DNA of 63,790 bases, the filler included, from Octopus bimaculoides (taxonomy: Eukaryota), in the NCBI RefSeq assembly GCF_001194135.2. It is 4 parts of 4 records of this genome, joined end to end, with 100 filler letters (N's around TTAATTAATTAA, not from the genome) between each part and the next. Parts side by side here need not be neighbours in the genome. Positions count along the whole stretch, not along the records: positions 33,019 to 61,949 come from NC_068983.1; 3 more parts are not named here. One strand, written 5' to 3'. Below the pieces are notes generated by a model, which had not been told where the DNA came from, ran no database searches, and saw only the letters and a list, made by a program, of their open reading frames with translations. The first letter of the stretch is position 1; each line of letters begins with the position of its first letter. Positions 38,314 to 52,170 of this stretch are shown here, in pieces. Both the position numbers and the translations under genes were made by a program.

Positions 38314-40134
38314 TATATNNNNNNNNNNNNNNNNNNNNNNNNNNNNNNNNNNNNNNNNNNNNNNNNNNNNNNNNNNNNNNNNNNNNNNNNNNNNNNNNNN
38401 NNNNNNNNNNNNNNNNNNNNNNNNNNNNNNNNNNNNNNNNNNNNNNNNNNNNNNNNNNNNNNNNNNNNNNNNNNNNNNNNNNNNNNNNNNNNNNNNNNNN
38501 NNNNNNNNNNNNNNNNNNNNNNNNNNNNNNNNNNNNNNNNNNNNNNNNNNNNNNNNNNNNNNNNNNNNNNNNNNNNNNNNNNNNNNNNNNNNNNNNNNNN
38601 NNNNNNNNNNNNNNNNNNATAGTTTTTGTTCACCAATTTCTGCTGAAAAAGTATTAGTCCTAAGCATCATGGAATGGGATTGAACCAGAAGCTATGTTGT
38701 TTCATAGGGAATTTCTTAACCATTCATTCATGCCTGTACATACACAGGAAGGACAACTATAAACTCCTTCATCATGCTGCATTATCCCTGTCATATAATA
38801 TGCAGGTACTAAGATAAAGGAATCTCAATTCAAGCACTGATATATATTACACACAACAGGAGCAATGACTAAATCTAAATAGTTGATTTAGATATCATAT
38901 CTGTTTATGAGTAGTATGAAAAACTGCTGCATAACAGAAGTAACAACAGTGGGATAACAAAAGCTTACTGAATGAGCAGTGACAGAAAAGAAAAAAAGAG
39001 CTCATGTAATATCCATTTGAATTAATCGATATCAATTTAAAATTAATATTTTGCTGTTTATCTTTTTATTCTTATGCACTGGACAGCTGAATTGGTTTAT
39101 GTAATCAACTTCCCATATTTTTCCTAGCTTTTAATCTTTCCTCACATCAAACTCCATCTCTCTTACATTAACCATGTAACTGTGCCATCCTCACTGTCAT
39201 TCAGACCACTTCTTAACTTAATTTGTATCAGTGCCGACAAATAATCATGCCATATTATCTTATCTCAATAATGATAGTATCAAATGGCTTAGTCAAGTCT
39301 TATACATAAAATGACAGAATCATTAGTGCACCGGATAAAATGCTTAGCAGCATTTCGTCTGTCCTTACGTTCTGAGTTCAAGTTCCACTGAGGTTGACTT
39401 TGCATTTCATCCTTCCAAGATCGATGAAATAAGTACCAGTTATGTACTTCGGTCGATATAATCGACTAAACCCCACTCCAAAATTTCAGGCCTTGTGCCT
39501 ATAGTAGAAAGAGTTATTAAAATTTGCTCATCACAAAATTCCAAGGTCTTTCAACTTCAATGAAAATATATATACATGACATGAAGTTTGGGGATGACTT
39601 TTATACTTCAGTTTAAGAGGTGAACTCTAGTCTTCCAACAAATAAGAGCTTTTTGTGACAAGTTTAAAAGCTTAATTAATAGTGAGTCAAGTTAATAAAA
39701 GTAGTCTGAGTAATAGTAAAATAATTGAGTATAACCTAAGTTTGGACCTTACAAGGACCAAATGTTTAGGACCAGAAGTATTTTGGATACTGGAATGGTT
39801 ATATAATTGCATCCATAAAATGGGATATCAAGGGTTTTTGGAAACCAAATCTAAACAAGTGAAACATTTAAGATATGTTTTTATATAAATTGGTGTGGAT
39901 GTGTGGTTATGAAGCTCACTTTGCAATCATGTGGTTTCAAGTCAGTCTAACTAACAAAAACAAAGAGTATAGGTACAGGCATGGTTGTGAGATAAAGAAG
40001 CTTGCTTTGCTACCACATGGTTTTAGGTTCAGTCCCACTGTGTGACTTCTTGGGCAAATGTTTTGTATTAAAGCCTTGGATCAATCAACGCCATGTGAGT
40101 GAAGTTGGTAGGTAGAAACTGTGTGAAAACCTGT

Positions 40135-40172
<38 letters not shown>

Positions 40173-40175
<3 letters not shown>

Positions 40176-41243
40176 GGTGTGTCAGCTGTTTAAGAACAAA
40201 ACTTTAATTTAAGGAAGAACAAAAATATTTACCAGAAAAACCAATATATTTATATAGACTTTGATACATGTATTCTTTCCTGCACATAGCAAAAGACTAT
40301 TCAATAAAACTGCCATCAATAAAATTGCCATTTGATAAAGCTTCTGAAATGTCTAAATGCATTGATCAAATGATCCTTATTCATACTGACCATAGCATCC
40401 CCAATAGTAAACATCTTGCTGGAACATATACAGACTTCCTTGACTAAATCTTTCAATCCAAGGTTTGACAATCAGCTCCATTGTCTCAATTTGGATTGTC
40501 ACATTGACTCTAAGACAGTGTAGGGAAAGGCTAGGAGGTTTGGTTTGGCCCTCCTTTCTCATGACCCCCAAAACCATCTAAGACGATGAGAACTTTGTGT
40601 GCATAACAGCGGGGCTTGTTATGGGTCATTGAGGCTTGTGCAGAGTCATCTGTCTTTCCTCCTGTTTACTTTTTGATTTTGGACAAAGTTCTCATCTTAG
40701 AAGAACCAGAGTATATCAGGCTTCCTGGGGCACTTGAGTTTGCTCAACAAACATTTTGACCAGATCACACGGTTCTCCTGGGTCTTATCAAGCATGATGT
40801 GCCTTCCCATAGGATTTGTACTGATGTCTTTCTGCAGCACATATCTTCTTGTTGACTCCAAAACATGGAGATAATTGGCAATGGACTGGACTTGCAGGAA
40901 CTCTTGTTGATGATGCCCTGAACCTGCTGGACAGACTCAACTTTTCTGACAATGTCTGACTGTTGAGAATGTCTTTTGCCTTTGGCTATGGAAGAAACAC
41001 TTCCACCAGAGACCAAGAGCTCTCTTTTCATCTTAATCACAAAGGACCTGGAGAAATTTAAGAAGGCTGCAATCTCAGTTTCTGTGGTTGGTGGCTAAAG
41101 CAATGAGAATGGTATACCTTTTCATCATCTGCATTAGGGTTGAATCTTCCGTATTGGGGCTGAAAAAAGAGGGGATATTTTAGTAAAGCTTGGGCCACTT
41201 ATAGTTCTTAAAAGTTATGTTCTCGAATAGTTGACGCACCTTG
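40173..41243 (-). mobile_element. Degenerate maT (DD37D)-like Tc1/mariner element with TIRs
   Basis: Imperfect ~35-bp TIRs: TAGGGTGTGTCAGCTGTTTAAGAACAAAACTTT versus AAAGTTATGTTCTCGAATAGTTGACGCACCTTG. Motifs SDIVRKVESVQQVQGII, MVLGVMRKEG and LIVKPWIE...MFQQD. Confidence 0.8.
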
Positions 41244-42464
41244 TGTGAGTGTGTGTGTGTGTGTGACTGTCTGTCTGTCTGTCTGTCTATGTCTGTGTCT
41301 GTGTGTGCCTGTGTCTGTGTGTGTTTGTGCACATGTACATATGTGTGTGTGTGTATGCGCATATGCATGCATACTTCTGTGTGTTTGTATGTGTTCTACA
41401 TCACCGCTTGACAACCGGTGTTGTCAAGTTCTCATAACTTAGCAGTTCAGCAAAAGAGGCTGACGGAATAAAAACCAAACATAAAAATAAGAACTGAGAC
41501 AGATTTGTTTAATGAACTTTTCAGGACAGCTCCAAAGCAATACCACAGTCCAATAACTGAAACAAGTAAAAGATAAAAGAAATCCATACCAATATTCCCA
41601 ATATTGCTCACAGTCCATAACAAATGAAATAATCATGGCATGTATAACATTTATAATGTGTTTATAAATGTGTCTCAGAGAAAGCTCACAAAGAGATTTG
41701 TGTGTTGCAAATACAGGGCTTCATTCAGAACACTGGTAGATCACCAGATACAATGTTTCAGCTTGATTTTGCCTTCTCATTGATGAATACCCTGAAAACA
41801 TTCTGAGCTAAGGCAAAAATGTCTGTTCTGATATAGAAATCACTAAACAAAGCATTTCCTAATTTGTGCAATAGCTAATCAAGCAAGAATTAAATTAATA
41901 TATGTGCTTGAAACAGACTTAGATTGTACCAGTGTTTACAAAACATTTATAACCATCATCCTCAGTTAACATCAATGTTGGAATGGTTGAATGGTTTGAC
42001 AAGATCCAGTTAGTCACAAAGCTGCGTCACATTCCACTGTCAACTTTGGCATGGTTTCTTCAGTTGGATGCCCTTTGTAACACCAACCACTTTACCGTGT
42101 GTACTGGGTACTTTTTTAAAATATTTTTTTTGTGTGGCACCAGCACTAGTGAGGTTTCTAGATGACTTGCAAGACAGGAAAAGAACATGGAAAAGAAAAG
42201 AATGAAAAGGGAAAAAGTAATCAAACCCCTAGGCTAAGTAGGTGGAGTACTTGAAAGAAGGGAGAGGTGACTTTATAATGTGTATAAAATTGAAGAATGG
42301 TACTAGTTCTCACAGAGAAACATCCCAAAGAGACTTACGTATTTAATGAAATAATAAATGAAAGAATGAAATAATAAAATAGCACAAACAAAGCAAATCT
42401 CACAGCAAAGTATAAATGGTGCAGAGGGTTTGCTCTAAATTTATTGCGAGTAATTACATAACAG

Positions 42465-42640
42465 AAAATGCATTGCCTGCAATATCACCACCAGACAATT
42501 TTATTATGAGGTAATTAGTTACAGCTCACACTGTTACTCAGTCACTGCAGCCAATACACAGTTTTTGGCAAATACATCATCAGTAAATGCATCATCATGC
42601 TTTTCATCAACGGAGTTTACTCTGTGTCCAGACTACATTG
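42465..42640 (+). CDS. Candidate 176-bp exon (KCIACNITTRQFYYEVISYSSHC...SSCFSSTEFTLCPDYI); strand ambiguous
   Basis: 58 open codons and donor TTG|GTAAAT, but a weak acceptor. A competing minus-strand exon 42538-42632 is also open. Confidence 0.3.
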
Positions 42641-42834
42641 GTAAATGTCATTAAAAGTTTTTATCCACAGAGTAAAGACATATGTCATCCATCTGTCCAT
42701 CCATCTTCTCCGCACACACTATTTCTGGGTGGGTTGTAGGGAAGGATCCTCAGGCACCTCATAGAGGTTCTATGAGAGTACCCATAGAGTTCTATGAGAA
42801 ACAATCATCCTGGTGAACTCACAGTCTATCTTTC

Positions 42835-43268
42835 AGGCGCAGTTGTGTGGTAAGAAGCTTGCTTCCCAACCACATGGGTCCAGATTCAGTCCCACTGTGT
42901 GGCACCTCGGGCAAGTGCTTTGTACTATAGCCTCAAGCTGACCAAAGCCCTGTGAGTGGATTTGGCAGACAGAAACTGAAAGAAGCCTGTTGTATGTGTG
43001 TGTGTGTGTGTGTNNNNNNNNNNNNNNNNNNNNNNGTGTGTGTGCATACTTATGTGTGTATATCTGTGTTTGTCCCCTCTGCTATCACTTGACAACTGAT
43101 ACTGGTGTGTTTATGTCCTCGTAACTCAGCAGTTCAGCAAAAGAGACTGATAGAATAAGTACTAGGCTTACAAAGAATAAGTCCTGGGGTCACTTTGTTC
43201 AACTAAAACCCTTTAAGGCAATGCTCCAGCATGGCCATAGTCAAATGACCGAAACCAGTAAAAGTATA
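42835..43268 (+). mobile_element. SINE family 1, CpG-decayed
   Basis: Full head-microsatellite-tail structure. Confidence 0.85.
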
Positions 43269-43289
43269 AAAAAATAAAGAATCATTAAA

Positions 43290-43600
43290 CTTTCCAGCTG
43301 GATTTCCAAGTATGACCAATGGAGACTCATGTATGCCAAGGGGCTTGAACCTCTGAAAACACACCAAAGCAATAACAATGTGGGGTGGTGATCCCAATTT
43401 TTAAAAAGGCTGAGAAGAGAGATTGTTCTAATAATAAAGTAGTGTCCTTGTTGAGCCTATGCTAGGTGCCTTGAAAAGAGATGTAGGTAAATTGTTAAGC
43501 CCGAGCTTGCTGAAGAACAGTTTGGCTTCCACCTTGGATTTAACTCAACCAACCAGACATTTATCTCATATTTCATTACCAATAAAATGGAAAGTCAAAG
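43290..43600 (+). mobile_element. LINE (RTE-like) RT N-terminal fragment
   Basis: VVIPIFKKAEKRDCSN..VSLLS and IVKPELAEEQFGFH, matching the IPIFKKGD...C.NYR.ISLL / EEQ.GFR boxes. Confidence 0.7.
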
Positions 43601-44267
43601 AGATAAAATTCCTTCCTACAATCAAGAAATTTTTTGAAATTTTGAAAATTGAGTAATCAAGAAGTGATTCAACACTATATTACCACTGCAGATATTCCAT
43701 GTCACAAACAGAAATTTTAAAATAGTGCTGCAAGAATTCAACATAGCATCAATGAATAGCAAAATCAAAGTCGATTATATAAGAGGCATTGTTCATAATT
43801 TGTCTTTTCTCCTTCAATTTAAAATAATGCTAACCTTTTGTTGCATTGTGTTTCTGCTTACATGCATGTGCATACATTTGTGATTCGTGTGTGTGTAATT
43901 GGTGTGTGTGTGTGTGTGTGTGTGCATGTGCATGTGTATGTATGCATAAGTTTGCAGGATTCTAATTTTAAAAATACCTTTGATTTATTTTACATATATA
44001 TATATATACATATCGAGTAAATTTGATATTAATAAATTTCTTTTTCATTGTTAATGAAAGCCGACATATTTATTAACCCTGAGACTATTACTGTCATTAT
44101 TTCCTCATTAGATCAAATTAAAATATAATCAACTAAGGCTATACTGTTTTATTTCTGCTGCAACTCATGTTAATATAATTTACTTAGTTTATCATTATGC
44201 ATTTGGGATATTATATTTCATTATTCACTTCTTTCCTCATTTTATTTTTCTTAACACTTGTGTTTAA

Positions 44268-44488
44268 CCCTTTTGTTACTATGTTTTCAATGAAATACCC
44301 TGCTTTTGTTTCAAATAATTTCGAAAATATGGAAATTTAGAAAAATAATGTCATCATTATAAAACTGATAATTGTAACATAAATTAACAAGAAATTTTGA
44401 AGGAAGATTTTAATCATATTCACTTAAAAATAGGAATTTCTACCATGAAACCAGGAGTGAGGGATTATGCAGTTTGGTATCAAAAGGG
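44268..44488. mobile_element. piggyBac-type MITE 1
   Basis: TTAA-CCCTTTTG ... CAAAAGGG-TTTA (right TSD mutated). Confidence 0.6.
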
Positions 44489-44569
44489 TTTACATCTCCA
44501 CTTGGCACCTTGATCATCTCTAGTGGAGTTCACTCTGTTTCAAGCATTCAAGTCGTTTCTCTGATTTAA

Positions 44570-44708
44570 CCCTTTCATTACCATACTTCTGCTGAAATTC
44601 ACTACCATAGTTTCAATTAATTTTGAAAATGATGATGAATTTAGTAAAATTTCAAAATCAAAAGAAACAAAGGCAATATATTTCAACATAAATATGGTTG
44701 CAAAAGAG
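44570..44708. mobile_element. piggyBac-type MITE 2 (internally deleted relative of MITE 1)
   Basis: TTAA-CCCTTTC ... CAAAAGAG-TTAA. Body shares TTTCAA.TAATTT.GAAAAT with MITE 1. Confidence 0.6.
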
Positions 44709-44765
44709 TTAAATGTAGAGATTTGGATAAGGAATAGAACTTCCTGCTCTTAAGTTATGAATTAA

Positions 44766-44986
44766 CCCTTTAGCATTTAAACCGGCCATATCTGGCCAAA
44801 AGTATTCTGCCTGTTTTATGTTCAAACTGGCCAGATCTGGTCTCTCACACCAACCCTACAATATTGTTTTAAAAATTAACAGCTACCTCATCGAAATCTC
44901 ATAGCTACAAGATAATGCATGATTAGTTTAAAACAATGTGGAGAAAAAAGCATTAATTTTGGCAGAATAATGCAAACACTAAAGGG
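44766..44986. mobile_element. piggyBac-type MITE 3
   Basis: Perfect TTAA-CCCTTTAG ... CTAAAGGG-TTAA. Confidence 0.75.
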
Positions 44987-45849
44987 TTAAAATCCAATGG
45001 AGTAATTTCAGTGTGTTTTCTAGACAGCACACATTATTCTGTATAAGTGTTAGATTATCTGGGAAGGCCACAAGCAAAAAACTAGCATCCTACTCAAGGA
45101 GAGATTTCTCTTTCAGTTTTTTTATTAACCATCAAACCCAAAACTTAGCATGGGTCCTTAAAAATGTTCTACACACTATTGATGTTTGTATTACATATTT
45201 AATAAATCTTTTGATGCTGATACTGGTGGTGGTGGTGGTGGTGGCGGTGGTAAGTGGTAGTGGTGTTGCTGTTGTGGTGTTGCTTGTGACAACAGTGCTA
45301 CAAGGGGACATTTGTTGAGGTAGTACTGTGGTTGTAACAGTGATGACAGTGGTAATAGTAGTAAGAGTAGTAACAACAGTGGTGGTGGCGGTGGTGGTGG
45401 TGGTGGTGCTGCTGCTAGGACTAACTTTGAGAGCAGTGGTGGTGGTGGCAACAGTGGCAGTGGCAGTGGCAGTGGTGGTGTTGGTAGCAGCAAGGGTNNN
45501 NNNNNNNNNNNNNNNNNNNNNNNNNNNNNNNNNNNNNNNNNNNNNNNNNNNNNNNNNNNNNNNNNNNNNNNNNNNNNNNNNNNNNNNNNNNNNNNNNNNN
45601 NNNNNNNNNNNNNNNNNNNNNNNNNNNNNNNNNNNNNNNNNNNNNNNNNNNNNNNNNNNNNNNNNNNNNNNNNNNNNNNNNNNNNNNNNNNNNNNNNNNN
45701 NNNNNNNNNNNNNNNNNNNNNNNNNNNNNNNNNNNNNNNNNNNNNNGTGGTGGTGGTGGTATGTGCACAACTTATGTCTGCAGATTTTAAGTTGTGCTAG
45801 AACAAACTTTTAGTAAGATTATATTGCTCAAACATTTCGTGTGTGTGTA

Positions 45850-45919
<70 letters not shown>

Positions 45920-46667
45920 TGCGCGTATTTAATGCTTGTACATATATACACATATACAGCTTCCATCATCAATTTCCAGCCTCCATCATCAATCTCCTGG
46001 GTGTTCCCTTAACTGAAACCACTTTTTTATTGCTTGTACATCCTGGAAATCCTTCGTTTTTTCTTTTTTAATTTTAACACCCATATTATGTTTACCTTTT
46101 CCAGTAACCATGGGTCTCTCATGTCCTAAAACAGTTCATCTGACAAACATATTTCTTTCTTATCTCAAGCAAAAACAATCACATTGTACATTGTACCCAG
46201 TCCTTGGGGAATAGTTCCCTAACTTCAAGGTTCTAAACTATTAACCTTCTTTGGTAATATAATCTTTCCAACAAGACACTGCTTCCTCAACAGTTCCAAA
46301 AACTTCAGTGAACATATTCATACCTGAACAATAGTTGACATTAATATAAGCTCAAATACAATACACTTATGCTCAAAAGTACATTTCCCCCTTTAGATAC
46401 CACTAAAGTGTACCTTCCACATGACTAAATATGTAAAGAAGTATCATGTTTGTCACTTCTATAGCTGCATGCCTCAGAAGAAATCAACTTATTAGCCAGC
46501 AATTAAAAGTTATTGAATCATCAGAGAACCAACAATGACTCCAGGAATCTATTGGCACATTAAAGTTATTGTTAAACCAGCTGTAGTGTGATAATTCAAG
46601 TACCAGTATGTAAGTAATTGAAACAGAAACTTTGACAGTTTAGCACCCTTATTAATGACAAGCAAAA

Positions 46668-46713
<46 letters not shown>

Positions 46714-47111
46714 CATATATACATGTATATATACATACATATATATATATACATACATATGTGCCTAGAGTAGAAAAGAATATTATATACTATACATAAT
46801 GTAACAGTGGTTTCCCAGATTAGACTGTTTATTGCATAAAATTTCTTCAAACTGATTGCCAATATAATGCAGAACATAATACCTTTTGGTATTTGTTCTG
46901 GATCACTGTGCTCTCGTTTCAAGTCCTACTGTGGTCAAATTTGCCTTTCATCCTTTCAGGATCAATAAAGTAAAATGCCAAACCAAAGGGGTGGATTGGT
47001 GGAATCGGTTAAGCAATAGACAAGAAGCCTCAGAGTATTTGCACCTGTTTTTTACATTCCGAGTCCTTGGTTGTTGAGTTAGATAAGATACATTCTGAAT
47101 GGATGTTATAA

Positions 47112-47487
47112 TGTTGTTGGCGCTCCAGCGCTTTCGACGTCGAGGGTTCCAGTTGATCTGATCAACGGAACAGTCTGCTCGTGAAATTAATGTGCAATTG
47201 GCTGAGCACTCCACGGACATGTGTACTCTTAATGTAGTTCTTTGGGATATTCAGCGTGACACAAGGCTGACCCTTTGAATTACAGGCACAACAGAAACAG
47301 GAAGTAAGAGTGAGAGAAAGTTGTGGTGGAAGAGTACAGCAGGGTTCACCAGCATCCCCTGCCGGAGCCTCGTGGAGCTTTAGGTGTTTTCACTCAATAA
47401 ACACTCACAACGCCCTGTCTGGGAATCGAAACCACAATCCTATGACTGTGAGTCCGCTGCCCTAACCACTGGGCCATTGCGCCTCCA
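47112..47487 (-). mobile_element. SINE family 3, full length
   Basis: Reverse complement of 33126-33485. Confidence 0.9.
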
Positions 47488-48271
47488 CTGTGAATGGATG
47501 AAAGGCAAAGTCAACCATGGTGGAATTTGAACACAGGACAACATGATGGACTAAATGTCACTAAGCATTTTGCCTAGCATGCTATCAATTCTGCCAACTC
47601 ACAGCCTTCAATATTATTATATATTGAATATCATAACAGTTAGCTTTTGCCATATCATAAAGCATAGCATAAAAGAGTAAGAGGGTAAAACCCCTGGAGT
47701 TAATAGGAGACTTCTGCAGGCATGGGTGGAAGCTTAGGTGTATGCCAGTGAAGTTTAGCGGTTGAGGATTCACAAATCGTTCTCTTATTGAGGGCTATGA
47801 AGCTCTGGTTTTACAGGAGTGAAAAGAAGAACCACCAAGAGTAACAATGTAGAAACAACAAAGAAAGTACATGGATGGCTCTAGATAAGAAAGAGTGATC
47901 AGTGGATTTAGTAGTATGTCACTTAGACACAAGCCTGGGGTTAGGTAAAGTAAGGTAAAGTTATCTTTCCCTACCTGGATAGGACATCGGTCCATCACAG
48001 GATTACTCGTTTTTGCCAGCTGAGTGGACTGGAGCAATGTGAAACAAAGTGCTTTGCTCAAGAACACAACACATCACCTGGTCCAGGAATCGAAACCACA
48101 ATCTTACGATCATGAGTCCAACACCCTAACCACAAAGCCATGCACCTCTACACAATCATGGCCGGGTTGCCTAGACAAGGGTGTATGCTGTAAGACCCAA
48201 AACACCCAATTGCTCCAGAATGCAATGCTGATGATGTGTCTCTGTATGTATCCAGGGATATACGAAAACTT

Positions 48272-48689
48272 GGTGCAGGAGTGGCTGTGTGGTAAGTAGC
48301 TTGCTTACCAACCACATGGTTCCAGGTTCAGTCCCACTGCATGGCACCTTGGGCAAGTGTCTTCTACTATAGTCTCGGGCCGACGAAAGCCTTGTGAGTG
48401 GATTTGGTAGACGGAAACTGAAAGAAGCCCGTCGTATATATGTATATATATATATGTATGTGTGTATATGTTGTGTATCTGTGTTTGTTCCCCCAACATC
48501 GCTTGACAACCGATGCTGGTGTGTTTATGTCCCCATAACTTAGTGGTTCGGCAAAAAGAGACCGATAGAATAAGTACTAGGTTTACAAAGAATAAGTCCT
48601 GGGGTCGATTTGATTCGACTAAAGGCGGTGCTCCAGCATGGCCGCAGTCAAATGACTTAAACAAGTAAAAGAATAAAAGAATAAAAGAA
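48272..48689 (+). mobile_element. SINE family 1, young full-length copy
   Basis: Many CpGs retained. Nearly identical to 53533-53957. Confidence 0.95.
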
Positions 48690-49744
48690 TATTGGTTACT
48701 AAGATTACATTTTTTTTTCTATATTGTCTGAAATTGTCATAGTTTTGTGATGGAGGAAAATAATCAAGAAACCTTTGCAACATGGCTTAGTAAGTAGTAT
48801 TCTGGATTGGTAAATGGAGAAAATAGGTTTTGAGAAAATAGGTGTGAGTAATGAACTCAGGGAAAGATGAACACAAAGAAAGAAACAGTGAAAGAGAAGA
48901 AAGAGAGGCAGACATGAATGGACTGGTAGAAGGATAGATATATTATAGCATATGATAGGCTAATAGACAGATGACAAAGATACAGACACCTAAACAGGAA
49001 AGCAGACAGACAAACAGATTAATAGATTAATTGGTATGCAGGTATGTAGGTAGGATGATAGGAGGGTAGGTAAGTGTTTAGGTAGTTGCAACTGTAAGAA
49101 AAGAAAGGGGTATAAACTTGAACAAAATGGGACAGAGAGAGAGAGAGGACAATGAGAATAGAAAGTGAGATAGAGGGCGAGAGAGAGAGAGAGAGAGAGA
49201 GGACAATGAGAATAGAAAGTGAGATAGAGGGAGAGAGAGAGAGAGAGGAATAACAACAACAATGACGGAAAACATAACATCCTGGAATTTTTTTCTTTTT
49301 TATGAACATGACACCACATCCATTTTTGTAAAGAGCATCTTTCCCATTAAAAAGGAAAACAGAAGGAAGATCTGGAGATCTCTTGCTCTTATAGAGGCTT
49401 GAAAACCTGTAATTAAGTTTTTTGTGGTGCAGAGTGATGAAGTTGACATGGAAGGAGAGATTAACAAAGGAAGAGTGAATCATACTCCATATCAACTACC
49501 ACTGCCATGGCCATTCTGCATTATGACCACCACCACCACCACCGCCACCACTCCTCTATCCATCCATCTCAGTGGTCTAATATAATAGCATGTCATTTCA
49601 GCTGATGTCTACTTAAAACAAATACATTGCATTTTTTTGTTGTTGTTTTTTTGTTCTTTTCTGGGTTTTTTGTTTTTGTTTTTGTTTTTTTTTTTGGTTT
49701 TGAGACAAATAAGACACTGAGGAAAAGAAAAGAGAAAGAGAGTA

Positions 49745-50104
49745 ACATTTTGTATTCAGAGAGAGGGGGGGAAGAGAGAGGGAAAGGAGAGCGAGAGGGA
49801 GAGGAGAGAGGGAGAGGAGAGGGAGAGAGAGAGAGAGGGAGGGAGAGAGAGAGAGAGGGAGGGAGAGAGAGAGGGAGGAAAAGAGAGAAAGAGGGAGGAA
49901 AAGAGAGAGAGAGGGAGGAAAAGAGAGAGAGAGAGGGAGGAAAAGAGAGAGAGAGAGGGAAGAAAAGAGAGAGAGGGAGAAAAAGAGAGAGAGAGGGAGG
50001 GAGATAGTATAGGTAGAGAGGAAGAAGGAAGGAGAGGGAGAGAGACAAAGGAACAAATATACAGACGGAGACAGAGAGGAAAGAAGAAGAAAAAGAAGAT
50101 AGCT

Positions 50105-50138
<34 letters not shown>

Positions 50139-50149
50139 GCAGATAGATG

Positions 50150-50192
<43 letters not shown>

Positions 50193-50207
50193 TGGATAGA
50201 TCGATCA

Positions 50208-50239
<32 letters not shown>

Positions 50240-50283
50240 TTAGATAGATTGGATAGATCGATCAATAGATAGATAGATAGATG

Positions 50284-50329
<46 letters not shown>

Positions 50330-50350
50330 CAGACAGAGAGTGAGAGACAG
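49745..50350. repeat. GA-rich minisatellite (GAGAGGGAGGAAAA units) followed by (AGAC)n/(AGAT)n
   Basis: Seen directly. Confidence 0.9.
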
Positions 50351-50856
50351 AGACAGAGAAGGAACATAAATCTTGTTAACATCAAACAAATGCTTAAGAA
50401 TTGAGGAATAAACAATAGTAACTAGGCAACATCAGCAACCGCCACCAATAATGATAATAATAATCCTTTCTACTAAAGGCACAAAGCCTGACATTTTGAA
50501 GGAAGGGACTAGTTGGTTACATCGACCCCAGTATTTCACTGGTACTTAATTTATCAACCCCAAAAGGATGAAAGGCAAAGTTGACCCTGGCGGAATTTGA
50601 ACTCAGAATGTAAGCATTGGGTCAGCTTGCTAATGATGCTGTCAGCTCACCACCTTACCAAAAAATAATAATAATGGTTTCAAATTTAGACACAAGACTA
50701 GCAATTTCAAGGGAGCAGATAAGTCCAATTACATCAACCCCAGTTTTCAACTGGTATTTATTTCATCGATCCCAAAAGAATGAAAGGCAAAGTTGACCCT
50801 AGTGGAATTTGAACTAAGAACATAAAGATGGAGGAAATGCAGCTAAACATTTTTCC

Positions 50857-51037
50857 CAGACTCCTTGTCTGGTACCTGATCAATCCCCAAATCTAATCAG
50901 TTTGTGCCAGTCATAAGGCCAAACATCCCTGAAAGTTTCATCTAAATCCATCGAGCAGTTCTTGAGATATCTTGTCCACAGACAAACAAACAAACACGAC
51001 TGAAAACAATACCTCCACTTTCACTAAGGCGGAGGTA

Positions 51038-51041
<4 letters not shown>
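50857..51041 (-). mobile_element. HINE/DINE-like non-autonomous Helentron fragment
   Basis: Minus 5' end TTATTACCTCCGCC..GTGGAGGTA hairpin, then (GTTT)n/GTCT and ATGAAACTT, inserted in a (TAA)n tract. This is the established DINE-1/HINE architecture. Confidence 0.5.
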
Positions 51042-51100
<59 letters not shown>

Positions 51101-51486
51101 GCAGTGCTTGGTAATGCAGTGAAAGCATATGATACAAATAAGACTACTGAAGAATAATAATAATGTATCAGTTTAATTCTAGAATAAAACCAAAATGACA
51201 CAGTCGGAGAAAGAGATAAACAATAAACCCATCAGAATAATAGTTACATTAGAAACACGTAGACAGAACAGTGTAGTAATGAGCACCAGTTAATACACCT
51301 GTACATTGTTTTACATAGTATGTATGCAATGATGAACAACAAGAATTAGATATGCCTGTATAGTGATGGTGGTGAGGTAAGGCTTCAATATGTTATCATC
51401 AGTGCAATAGGACGTCTCTATGAGCAAAGTCTCTTCATTCACATCTGCAATAGTTCAACAGGTCATTGAGGGTTAGTCTTCTATAA

Positions 51487-51744
51487 CAGGGGTTTTCAAA
51501 CTGTGGTCCGTTGACAGCAAATACTTTTTATGGGCAATTTGATTTTATACATGTTTTTTAATCGAAATCTTTTAATTGAGAATAAAACTATTTTGTTAAA
51601 TACTGTTAAATAAATAAATGTAAAAAAATATGTTATTTTAAGCAAATATTTATGTATAAATTTCATAAGCGTTTATAAGGGGGTCCCTAAGGTAAAGCCT
51701 GAAATATAAAGGGGTCCGCAAGTCAAAAAGTTTGAAAACCCCTG
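51487..51744. mobile_element. hAT MITE, copy 1
   Basis: Perfect 16-bp TIR CAGGGGTTTTCAAACT / AGTTTGAAAACCCCTG and a perfect 8-bp TSD TTCTATAA. Confidence 0.95.
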
Positions 51745-52170
51745 TTCTATAATATCTCCTTTCATGGCTGAGATGATATTCCTATGCTTTACATGGAAAT
51801 ATTATATTGATCCTAGGAAAGCAACCAAAGGCTAAGTTGACCTTAACTGAGCTGTTTATAAACAGGTTCTACTGTAAGCAACATGGACAGTTATGTAATC
51901 GACATGTATTGCTGCTATTTAACACCGAGTTGGCTGTGATTGAACAAACATATGATCAAAAACATCCCAACAATGACCATCCTGTCTAGTTTCTTTTGTT
52001 CTTTTCTAGTCACAGTGTATTCTTGACAACCTTGTGTAAAGTGTCTCTTTGTTTTTTTATAACAGTAAGGTGTGATTTAAGAGAGATTTAGCTGCTATAT
52101 CTAACATGTTCAACAACTATGTAAAGGCTCCCTCATTTTCTCCTTGTTACTGTTGCAAATATCTTTTATA

